Assembly: GCA_017620015.1 (NCBI GenBank)
Contig: JAFZRE010000001.1
Location: 35,968 to 99,967 of the forward strand
From: Bacteroidales bacterium
GTDB taxonomy: Bacteria; Bacteroidota; Bacteroidia; Bacteroidales; ML635J-15
Reading direction: 5' to 3'
DNA: 64,000 bases
A program made the translations under genes and the position numbers. Below the pieces are notes generated by a model. It had not been told where the DNA came from and did no database searches. It saw nothing but the letters and a program-made list of their open reading frames with translations. This document shows, piece by piece, positions 8,477 through 17,200 of the stretch (positions within the stretch are counted from its first letter, which is position 1; the number at the start of each line of letters is the position of its first letter).

Positions 8477-9169
8477 TCAATGACCTTTAATCAGCCACAA
8501 TAAGAGCATTAACGCCCCCAACACTACAATCACAATAATGTAATGTTTCATTTTCGCTCTATTCAACTTCTTTTCAAACTCCTCGGAACCAACCACTTCT
8601 TCAGGATATTCTCTTCTAACTTTCTCCTCAATAAGTTCATTTCCAACATCACCAATAACATGATGCCTATCGGAATAATTATGTGTTGCAAAAAATGACA
8701 TTGTATAGTCGGACGCAAGTTTCTCAGCGAGTTTTTCTACCTCCTCGCGCTCAGCCTCATACTTTGCCGACCATTCATCGAAGGACAATTCCTTCAGCCC
8801 CGACTTATCCATTATATCCGACTCGTCGCCATTCCAGCGCAAAGCGGCATCGCCCTCGTAAACCTTGACGATTTGCTTTTCGGCCACGTCAACCACAACC
8901 ATTAACGGATGCCATTGCGTATATTTCTCTGGCAGAATTTCGGCATCATACTCATAGAATCCGTAGCAAGCCGACAAGAGCAGACAGTCACCGTCTTCGT
9001 TCCACAGATAATCGTGCTTGCCCATAATGAAATAGAACGGCAAAACCATGCATTCGGAATCATCCTTTTTTGAATACACATGAATGTTACTATACATCTC
9101 CCGTCCTACGGATTCCTCGCCTATAGCTTCCTCGAAACCAATATTGTACAAGCTTGATTCGTTTGCCAT
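8477..9169 (-). CDS. hypothetical tail-anchored membrane protein (acidic cytoplasmic domain plus one C-terminal TM helix)
   Basis: 230-aa ORF ending in HYIIVIVVLGALMLLLWLIKGH. I recognise no family motif. Confidence 0.55.
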   Translation of the reverse strand: MANESSLYNIGFEEAIGEESVGREMYSNIHVYSKKDDSECMVLPFYFIMGKHDYLWNEDGDCLLLSACYGFYEYDAEILPEKYTQWHPLMVVVDVAEKQIVKVYEGDAALRWNGDESDIMDKSGLKELSFDEWSAKYEAEREEVEKLAEKLASDYTMSFFATHNYSDRHHVIGDVGNELIEEKVRREYPEEVVGSEEFEKKLNRAKMKHYIIVIVVLGALMLLLWLIKGH

Positions 9170-9185
9170 AAATGGATGTTTATGT

Positions 9186-9287
9186 GTTTCTGGGTTTCTA
9201 AGTTTCTGAGTTTCTGTGGCTATCGCCGTTTCTGAGTTTCTATGTTTCTGGGTTTCTAAGTTTGAATGTTTTACGTTTATATGTTTG
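9186..9287. repeat. degenerate period-8 word array GTTTCTNN with one embedded TGGCTATCGCCGTTT mini-hairpin
   Basis: gtttctgg gtttctaa gtttctga gtttctgt ggctatcgcc gtttctga gtttctat gtttctgg gtttctaa gtttgaat gttttac gtttatat gtttggg. Confidence 0.85.
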
Positions 9288-9325
9288 GGCGAACAGGCTA
9301 ACAGGCTAACGGTCTGGACTGGCGG
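9288..9325. repeat. period-8 word array GGCTAACA / GGTCTGGA
   Basis: ggcgaaca ggctaaca ggctaacg gtctggac tggcgg. This is the reverse complement of the CTGTTAGCC words seen at 22819..22900 and 28311..28410. Confidence 0.75.
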
Positions 9326-9326
9326 T

Positions 9327-9354
9327 GTAGCAACGCGCCATGGCGCGTTGCTAC
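9327..9354. repeat. REP-like perfect 28-bp palindrome GTAGCAACGCGCCATGGCGCGTTGCTAC
   Basis: Perfect reverse-complement symmetry checked base by base. The terminal CTA (9351..9353) is the stop codon (TAG on the minus strand) of the M23 peptidase gene. Confidence 0.9.
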
Positions 9355-10559
9355 TTCGCCAGCCAGTTTGCTGGATTCAAAGTTGCACTTCCCTTCCAGA
9401 TTTCGAGATGGAGCACAGTCTTGTTTTCTGCATCGTCGGTATAAATCTTGCCGATTGCCTGCTTTGCCTTCACCTTGTCGCCTACCGAGACATAAACCTT
9501 GTCGATGTGAGTATATACACTCAAATATTCACCATGCCTGATAATCACAGCATTCTGCGTTCCAGGAATCGAAAATACCTTGCGAACCTCGCCATCGAAC
9601 ACCGCACGTGCGTCGGAGCCAGTAGTCGTAGAAATGTCGATGCCCTTATTGTCAATTTCCACGCCCGAAATCACCGGATGCGGCTGCTTTCCGAACCGCG
9701 ACACAATAACACCGCGCTGTACAGGCCACGGCAACTTGCCCACATTGCTTCCAAAGTTGTCGCTGACAATCTTTTCCTCGGGCGTAAGTTCGTACTTGCC
9801 AGTGTTTGCCTTGCCCTTCGATGCCGACGACTTCTTAACTTCCTCGGCAATCAACTTTTCGATAGCCGCCTGCAACTGCTGCTTCTGTTTGTTCTTTTCG
9901 GCGAGTTGCTTCTTCAGGTCGGCTTCCTTGCCCTTCAGTTTGGCAAGCGTATTTTCCTGCTGTTTCTTGGCGTTTTCAAGATTTTTGGCTTCTACCTTTT
10001 CCTCGTCTAGCAGTTTTTGGTGTTCAGCCTTTTGTGCCAAAAGTTTTTCCTTCTGCCGTTCGAGAAAGGCTTTAATTGCATTTATTGCGATAAGTTGGCG
10101 TTTGCGGTAATCGGCCATCTGCTGCATATACTTCAGACGCAAATACGACTGGTTGAAATCCTTTGACGACAGCAGAAACATAATTTCATTGTTCTTGTTC
10201 TGGTTTTTCCAAGCAATCTGCAACATACGCGCATACGACTGCTTCAAGTTCTCCAAATCCTCCGTCATCATTGCTATGACTGACTCTGTCTCCTTTATAC
10301 GCCCCGAAACAAACTCTATTTCGTTGTTAATGTCGGAGATAAGTTCCTTTCGTGAAGAAATCTGGCTTCCAAGCAAGGCAAGATTATTTTCCGACTCCTT
10401 CTGGTTCTTGCGCGTCTCCTCTAGAAGCTTATTGGTATAGTTGATTTCGTTTATAGTCTTCTTCTTTTTCTTTTCAAGGTCGGCCTTTGTCTGTGCCACC
10501 GAACACAACGGCAGCATAAAAGCAATGAAAAGGAACAATATTTTAGCGGTTATCTTCAT
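9351..10559 (-). CDS. M23-family murein DD-endopeptidase / EnvC-like activator with long coiled coil
   Basis: Signal peptide, then about 230 aa of K/E/Q-rich coiled coil. The C-terminal LytM domain carries GIDISTTTGSDARAVFDGEV...IIRHGEYLSVYTH...LHLEIW. Confidence 0.85.
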   Translation of the reverse strand: MKITAKILFLFIAFMLPLCSVAQTKADLEKKKKKTINEINYTNKLLEETRKNQKESENNLALLGSQISSRKELISDINNEIEFVSGRIKETESVIAMMTEDLENLKQSYARMLQIAWKNQNKNNEIMFLLSSKDFNQSYLRLKYMQQMADYRKRQLIAINAIKAFLERQKEKLLAQKAEHQKLLDEEKVEAKNLENAKKQQENTLAKLKGKEADLKKQLAEKNKQKQQLQAAIEKLIAEEVKKSSASKGKANTGKYELTPEEKIVSDNFGSNVGKLPWPVQRGVIVSRFGKQPHPVISGVEIDNKGIDISTTTGSDARAVFDGEVRKVFSIPGTQNAVIIRHGEYLSVYTHIDKVYVSVGDKVKAKQAIGKIYTDDAENKTVLHLEIWKGSATLNPANWLAK

Positions 10560-11391
10560 TAAGGTTTATTTTAGTGTATTTGGCTGGTATCTTAAACGGA
10601 AATGTCAGTTCGTCGTCAATTGCAAAGTCGCTTATTGTAAATTTCATAGTCGCTTCCACATTGCCATACTCAACATATATGTTCATAGTCTGCGGGAACA
10701 ACAGGTCTCCGTATTTGGCGAACTTGTCATATTCCACAAAGGCGTTTCGTCCGTCCTCCAAGTCTTCGAGATACAAATTCTTAACCTTGAACGTGCCCGG
10801 AATAACCTTCATTGTCTGGATTACAGAACCTCGTATCTCCGCATAATTGCCATTGGGACGTTTCTGTTTTTTGGGCGAGACAGTCGAAACACAATAATAT
10901 ACAGAATCGATGCAAGAATTGTAGTCGTCCTCCCTGTCGGTATCGTTGTCGGACTGATAGCGGAAAAACTCGTTGAGCAAAATCGACTGCAAGTCGTTGT
11001 ACGAAAGGTCAACCTTTGCAAAGTTCTCGAGTGCGGAAATGTCCTCGGCATAATACTCGTTCTTAAGGCGGTTTATCACCCTTACAGAATCGTTCGACAC
11101 GAGCACGCGGAAACCTTCGATATTGAAAGACCGCAGGCTAATCCACATCAAACTGTCGCGGCATACGCGCAGATTACCGCTGAACGAATCGGGAGAACCG
11201 CCATTCACCGAATACTCGCACGAAAACTTGTACGACGCCTTTGCATACGTCGGAGTTTTTGCCATAACATTCTCCACTATCTTGGCAGAACGCAAATTCT
11301 CTTTCTTTTCGTTTGAGCCAACATTAGCCGTCCGACATGCCCACAGGCAGACCGACAGCACCAACACCAATATCAAATTTCTTCTTGCCAA
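10543..11391 (-). CDS. DUF4292-like (LolB-like) lipoprotein
   Basis: Lipobox LWAC. Its size and its position between a TPR protein and an M23 peptidase match the conserved Bacteroidota arrangement. It uses a TTG start and overlaps the next gene by 17 nt. Confidence 0.55.
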   Translation of the reverse strand: MARRNLILVLVLSVCLWACRTANVGSNEKKENLRSAKIVENVMAKTPTYAKASYKFSCEYSVNGGSPDSFSGNLRVCRDSLMWISLRSFNIEGFRVLVSNDSVRVINRLKNEYYAEDISALENFAKVDLSYNDLQSILLNEFFRYQSDNDTDREDDYNSCIDSVYYCVSTVSPKKQKRPNGNYAEIRGSVIQTMKVIPGTFKVKNLYLEDLEDGRNAFVEYDKFAKYGDLLFPQTMNIYVEYGNVEATMKFTISDFAIDDELTFPFKIPAKYTKINLNEDNR

Positions 11392-11392
11392 T

Positions 11393-13132
11393 TTATTTCA
11401 ACGATTTTTTCTTTACTTTTTCTTCTATTTCACTATTCTCGGGGTCTAGCTCAAAAGCCTTCTCCCAATCCTTCAAAGCCTCGTCTTTCTTACCAAGGCT
11501 AAACTTTATATCACCGCGATGGTCGTAGTAAACGGCATTCGAATTGTCTTTTGCTATCGCATCGTCCATATATTTCAACGCCTCGTCCAACTTTCCGTTC
11601 TTATACAGCACCCACGCGTGAGTGTCAATAAAAGTCGGACTTGACGGGTTGAGTTCGACAAGATGTGTGCTCATTTCCAACGCCTTTGCAAGATTTTCGC
11701 CACGCACGGCAAGGTTATAACTGTAATTGTTCAGCACCGACTCGAAATCGGCATCCTTGAACAGAATGTACTCATATACGGAATCGGCCTTGTGGTATTC
11801 CTTGAGTGCGTGATATGCATCGCCTTGCATGCTCAGCAAATCAATCATAACCTGCTGATTGTCAACCGAAAGCATTGATGCATAATCAACAGCCTCGACA
11901 ACTTCGCGGAATTCCTTCTTCAAATATGCTGCCACCACATAGTACTGGTAAACCGTAAGCATATTGGGGAAAAGTTCGGAAGCTTCCTTGCTATGTGCAT
12001 AAAGGTTGTCGTAGTCCTGCAAATGATAGTCAATGTTCATCAGGTGTTCCCAGATCTCATACGACGACTTGTCCTCGGCGACAATGTCGATAAGGTTTTG
12101 CTGCACCGACTTGTAGTCGTTGTTCATCATTGCAATGTCGGCCTTGAGCGCACTAAGTGCAAGGTCGCTTGGGTATTGCTTTTCGACTATGGAAGCAAGC
12201 CTTTTTATCTGAACCTTTATGTAGTCGTCAGTTCTTGCAATTGGAAGCAACTGATTGAGAATCTGCATTTTCAGTTCGTACGTAAGGCTCTCGTCATCAC
12301 AGGAGAACGCCTTTTCCAGCATCGCAAAATAGTTGTAGTACTGCGCATCAACAGCCCTATGGTATTCAGCAAGCGACAGATACACAAGACCTTCGTCGAT
12401 ATTCATCTTCTCAAGCTCGGCGAATTCCGTTCTTGCCAAATCTATTTTCTTGTTCTGGAAATACGCCTCGGCAAGCATAGCCTTGTAGCGCAGGTTAGTC
12501 GGATAGGCATCGCGCAGACGCTTCATCTCCTCGAACGACTTGTTCAGGTTGCCCATCTTCTCGTATATCAGTTCCTTCTGTATGCTTACCACATCGGTAA
12601 TTCCGAACTGCTTTTCGGCTTCATCGAGCACCTTGATGGCATCCTTCGGCTTTCCGATTTTCACATATACGTTCGAAAGTTCATAGTAGTTTTCAACATT
12701 GTTTGGATTCTGAGCAATAAGCTTTCGGTACAGCGGCACGGTTTTTTCATGGTGATTATTGTACTCGTATGCGTAAATTAGCAAATCGATGTAAGCCACA
12801 TTGCCAGTCTTGTCGTACTGCACGGCTTTCTCGGCGTAGGTCTCTGCCGACGAGTAGTCGCCGGTGGCAAACAGAATCGAAGCGATCTCGTAGTAAGCCG
12901 ACGGCTGGGTATTGTCGATGGTCAAAGCCCTAGTATAGTTCTTTATGGCATTTTCGTAGTCGCCAAGGTTCTTGTTCTTGTTGCCTTCAAGGAAATAAAA
13001 GCTGAAATTGAAGTCGAAGCCCTTTTCTGTTGCGGGCTTCTTGTCCGATTTCTGTGCTTTCTTCTGCGAATAGCCAGCAGTTAGCAACAACAGCAACACC
13101 GATAATAGCAATATCTTGCGGAAATTCATCAT
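11393..13132 (-). CDS. tetratricopeptide-repeat protein, secreted
   Basis: Signal peptide and repeated TPR-like 34-aa units (e.g. GDYENAIKNYTRALTID, KKDEALKDWEKAFELDP). Confidence 0.8.
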   Translation of the reverse strand: MMNFRKILLLSVLLLLLTAGYSQKKAQKSDKKPATEKGFDFNFSFYFLEGNKNKNLGDYENAIKNYTRALTIDNTQPSAYYEIASILFATGDYSSAETYAEKAVQYDKTGNVAYIDLLIYAYEYNNHHEKTVPLYRKLIAQNPNNVENYYELSNVYVKIGKPKDAIKVLDEAEKQFGITDVVSIQKELIYEKMGNLNKSFEEMKRLRDAYPTNLRYKAMLAEAYFQNKKIDLARTEFAELEKMNIDEGLVYLSLAEYHRAVDAQYYNYFAMLEKAFSCDDESLTYELKMQILNQLLPIARTDDYIKVQIKRLASIVEKQYPSDLALSALKADIAMMNNDYKSVQQNLIDIVAEDKSSYEIWEHLMNIDYHLQDYDNLYAHSKEASELFPNMLTVYQYYVVAAYLKKEFREVVEAVDYASMLSVDNQQVMIDLLSMQGDAYHALKEYHKADSVYEYILFKDADFESVLNNYSYNLAVRGENLAKALEMSTHLVELNPSSPTFIDTHAWVLYKNGKLDEALKYMDDAIAKDNSNAVYYDHRGDIKFSLGKKDEALKDWEKAFELDPENSEIEEKVKKKSLK

Positions 13133-13133
13133 C

Positions 13134-14141
13134 CTACTTGAGTTCTAAGGTGTTGTAGTCGCCAACGCTCAGGTCGTACTGCTTGCCCGACAATTTTACG
13201 TGACTGCCAACCATCGAGTCGTGGATATTCATGTTTTCGATTGCCGTAGCTTCCTGAATCACAGAATTGCAGATTACGCTTCCACAGATTGTTGTGCCTT
13301 TTCCTACCGAAACATACGGACCAACAACCGAATTCTTGATTTTCACGTCGTCCTCGATATGGCAGGGCGGAATGATGGTCGAGTTTTCTACTTCTGCCGA
13401 TTTTGCAAGCAATTCCGACTTCTTGTCGCGGGCAAGTACGCGCTGGTGGGTTGCCACGGTAATGTTCTTGTTTCCGCAGTCGAGCCATTCCTCAACCTGT
13501 GCAGGCACGAACTTCAAGCCTTTTGCACGCATGTTTTCCAATGCGGTAGTGAGTTGGTATTCACCGCTCTTGCGGATATTATTGTCGATAAGGTACTGAA
13601 GTTCGCCACGCAAAGTTTCGCCCGACTTGAAATAGTAAATGCCAATAATGGCAAGGTCGGAAACGAAAGTCTTTGGCTTTTCCTCGAAGCCCGAAATAAC
13701 GCCATTGGCATCGGTTGTTACAACGCCGTAAGCCTCTGGGTGTTCAACCTTCTGTACCCAGATAATGCTGTCGGCATCGGCTGAAATCTTGAAGTCTGCG
13801 AAGAACAGAGTGTCGGCAAAAGCCACCACCACCTTGTCGTTTAGCGAAGGAGCTGCGCACCATATTGCATGAGCCGTACCCAAAGCTTCCTTCTGGTAGT
13901 AAATCTTCGGTTCAGCACCGACACCGCGTGCGATATTGCAAAGTTCATCCTCGACTTTCTTGCCGAAATTTCCGATTACAAAAGCGATTTCGTCAATTGG
14001 TTCCTCGCAAATCTGAGCGATTCCTTCAACCAAACGTTGTACTATTGTCTTGCCTGCCAGCACGATAAGCGGCTTCGGAACGGTAAGCGTATGCGGACGC
14101 ATGCGCGTACCCATACCTGCCATTGGTATTATAATTTTCAT
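13134..14141 (-). CDS. sugar-phosphate nucleotidyltransferase with C-terminal left-handed beta-helix
   Basis: N-terminal MKIIIPMAGMGTRMRP...PKPL signature of NTP_transferase. The C-terminal third is hexapeptide-repeat-like. Confidence 0.8.
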   Translation of the reverse strand: MKIIIPMAGMGTRMRPHTLTVPKPLIVLAGKTIVQRLVEGIAQICEEPIDEIAFVIGNFGKKVEDELCNIARGVGAEPKIYYQKEALGTAHAIWCAAPSLNDKVVVAFADTLFFADFKISADADSIIWVQKVEHPEAYGVVTTDANGVISGFEEKPKTFVSDLAIIGIYYFKSGETLRGELQYLIDNNIRKSGEYQLTTALENMRAKGLKFVPAQVEEWLDCGNKNITVATHQRVLARDKKSELLAKSAEVENSTIIPPCHIEDDVKIKNSVVGPYVSVGKGTTICGSVICNSVIQEATAIENMNIHDSMVGSHVKLSGKQYDLSVGDYNTLELK

Positions 14142-14246
14142 AGTATTCCTAATTTACAATAAAAGACAAAGGTAAACCTTTTATTTATATGTATAGCGAA
14201 TATGGTTATTTAGTTGTCAACAATGGAATGTTGTCAAAACAGCGGA

Positions 14247-17200
14247 CTATTCAACCACTATCTGCTCAACATACACCTTTTCGCCACTGATAATTCTTAA
14301 AAAGTAAGTACCTGCGGTAAGATTGTGGTTGAAATTCATTGTTGCACCATCCATAACATTTATATCGCGAGTTTCAACAACTGCGCCATTAACATTGATG
14401 AGTTGGTAGGTTACATTGCCTTCGATACCATAGAAAACTATACTGAACATACCGTTGTTCGGGTTCGGATGGATTGACATTGAAGGTTCTTCTGTCATAT
14501 CAACCGAAACAACCGATTCAAATGTGGCGTGAATAGTATGGTCTTCGGTCACATTGGTAAAAGTATAAGTATTGTTTTCAAGGTCAGCCATTACCGATAC
14601 ACCATCAACCATTACATTTTCAATGCGGTAGCCTTCGTCAGGAATAATACTGAAAGTCTGGTCTTCACCCCTATTAAAGGTAATTATGCCACTAGGATTA
14701 ATTGCCCCATGCGCCCCTGCCGTCGCAGATATTGAGAGTGTTTGTAGCGTAATGTTGCGACTCCATATACTATGCTTATCTCCACAAATCCCCATAATCT
14801 GTACATCATATTCAACACCCTGCTCCAAGCCAGTTATTTCATACGATGTCTCCGTAGTCTCAACTTCCACCCATTCTCCAGCAGGAACATTTTCTCCTTC
14901 TATCTCAAAATCATCTATATTTAAATGCCCTGTACCTGAACTATTATAATGGCGGATTGCAATATAACCCAAATGCCAGTTATATGAACTCAAATCTACA
15001 CTATATTCCATATATTCATCAGTAGCAATAGTTTCGGGCAATACCTGCGTATTAAAATCCGATACCGACCACCTGCCCGTTGTTGAGACATATATGCCAA
15101 AATGCTCATCAGAAGAAGAATTATTTTGAGACTTTACCCATATTTTTAAACTTCCATTTAAAGCAAGTCGTGGAGACACTAACCAATTGTCTTGTACAAC
15201 TGGTGAGATTTCATAAGGTGGATAACTCAATGATGACACACAACCCGTTCCCGAATGGCTATCCATCATTCCGTTTATAAATGATGTCCAACAATATCCA
15301 TCTCCATCATTATCAATTGTTGACCACCCATCACTATTATGCAAATCCTCGAAATCTCTATAATATGAGCCGTTTATTTCCGCTGCTCTATATCTTAATA
15401 TATAACTGTCGCTGGTGCCCTCCCAACTTACATTTGCGGAATTGGCATTTGCCTCTACATAAATATCATTCGGAGCATAGCAATCAGCAAGAGTAGTAAA
15501 TGTTACCACACTAAACCCACCTTGTTCCGAACCGCAATTTGAACGTACCCACACTTCGTATTCCGTTCCTTCTGTAAGATTTGTAAGTGTATATGTAGGA
15601 TTATCTACTTCAATGGCATTATCAAAATCGTAATTTATATAGACCAACCAAGATGTAACATCCACATTGGCAGACCATGTGATTATTGCATAAGTAGTGT
15701 CAACGATTGAAGCTGTAAGATTAGCAGGAGATGGACATCTCGCTAGAGTGCTAAATGACCCTGCTTTCCAATAACTATATCTGTTTTCGTCACACAATGA
15801 CCTCACAACAACACTATAACGTGTGTCACGTTCAAGTCCTGTAAAAGTGTATTCGTTATCATATACATCAATAATATTGTCCAGGTTGCCATTTAAGGCA
15901 ATTTGCCACATGTTTTCATTTCCTATTGCATTCCAAGAAACTGTTGCTGAATTCATGCCGATATTAGAAAAAGAAAGATTATTCGGAGCTGTACATGCAT
16001 CAAAAATTGTAAACGACAAATCTGGAGACCATCTGCTGAATCCGTCTTCTTCGCAGTTTGTACGCACTTTAACAGTGTAGTTCAATTCTGGAGAAAGGTC
16101 AGTTAATGTATATGTAGTGTATTCGACATTAATAATTTCATCTTCATTATCGTTGATACAAATCTGCCAGGAATTTTGTCCTATCCATCCATTCCAAGTC
16201 AAATCTACAGAATTTGCATCAATAATGGATACTCTAAGATTAGTAGGAACGGGGCATACTGCAGCAGTAGTAAATGCTACATTCGCAGTCCAATCGCTAA
16301 CACCATTGCTTTCACCACAATTTGCGCGCACCTTGACTGTATAATCCGAATCTTGAGAAAGGTCAGTTAATGTATATGTAGTGTATTCGACATTAATAAT
16401 TTCATCTTCATTATCGTTGACGCAAATCTGCCAAGCAGTTTCGTCCGCGCCTGCAGTCCATATAATTGTTGCTGAATTAGTAGTAATACTAGAAACGTTC
16501 AATGCAGAAGGACGCATACAATGGCAATCAACCATATAGTTAACTGTTGCCATAGCACCAGTGCCAGATAAAATTTCATCGCCATTCACATCATATACAG
16601 CATACGAGCATTCGTTATCAAATGAGCCGGAAGACCATACAAAACTGATTTCCCTGCCGTTGCAAACCTGAAGTGTGCCAGTTATGTTGCTAATACCTAT
16701 TTCCATAGTCAAGGCGGTTAAAACTCTTCCCGTCTCAACATCTACCACATTGATAGCTGCATCGTTCCAACTGTCGCCAAAACGGTCGGACAGGGAATAA
16801 CTTATTTCGCACATTTCATCATCACCGCATATATCAGTATAGAATGCGACTTCGGAACTTGCTTCACTTTGCTCGCTGTCGCTACAGTAGGCGCGGATTT
16901 TTATAGTGTAGCCAGTAGCGGCATCAAGTCCTGTAAATGTGTATGACTTTGTTGTCGTTCCTACGGGAGCAGTTGCAAAGTCGTTCCAAGTTATGCCATC
17001 ATCCATTGTATATTGCCAAGCAGTTTCGTCTCCTACAGGAGTCCACGAGATAACAGCGGAATTGTTAGTAATATTTGATACCTCCACATTAATCGGACTC
17101 GGACACGACACAATGGGAACTACCTCAACGTCATCAACATACACAAACGAACCACCAGCAGGGTCGTTCAGACATATAGCAATTCTTTCTGCATCAGCAG

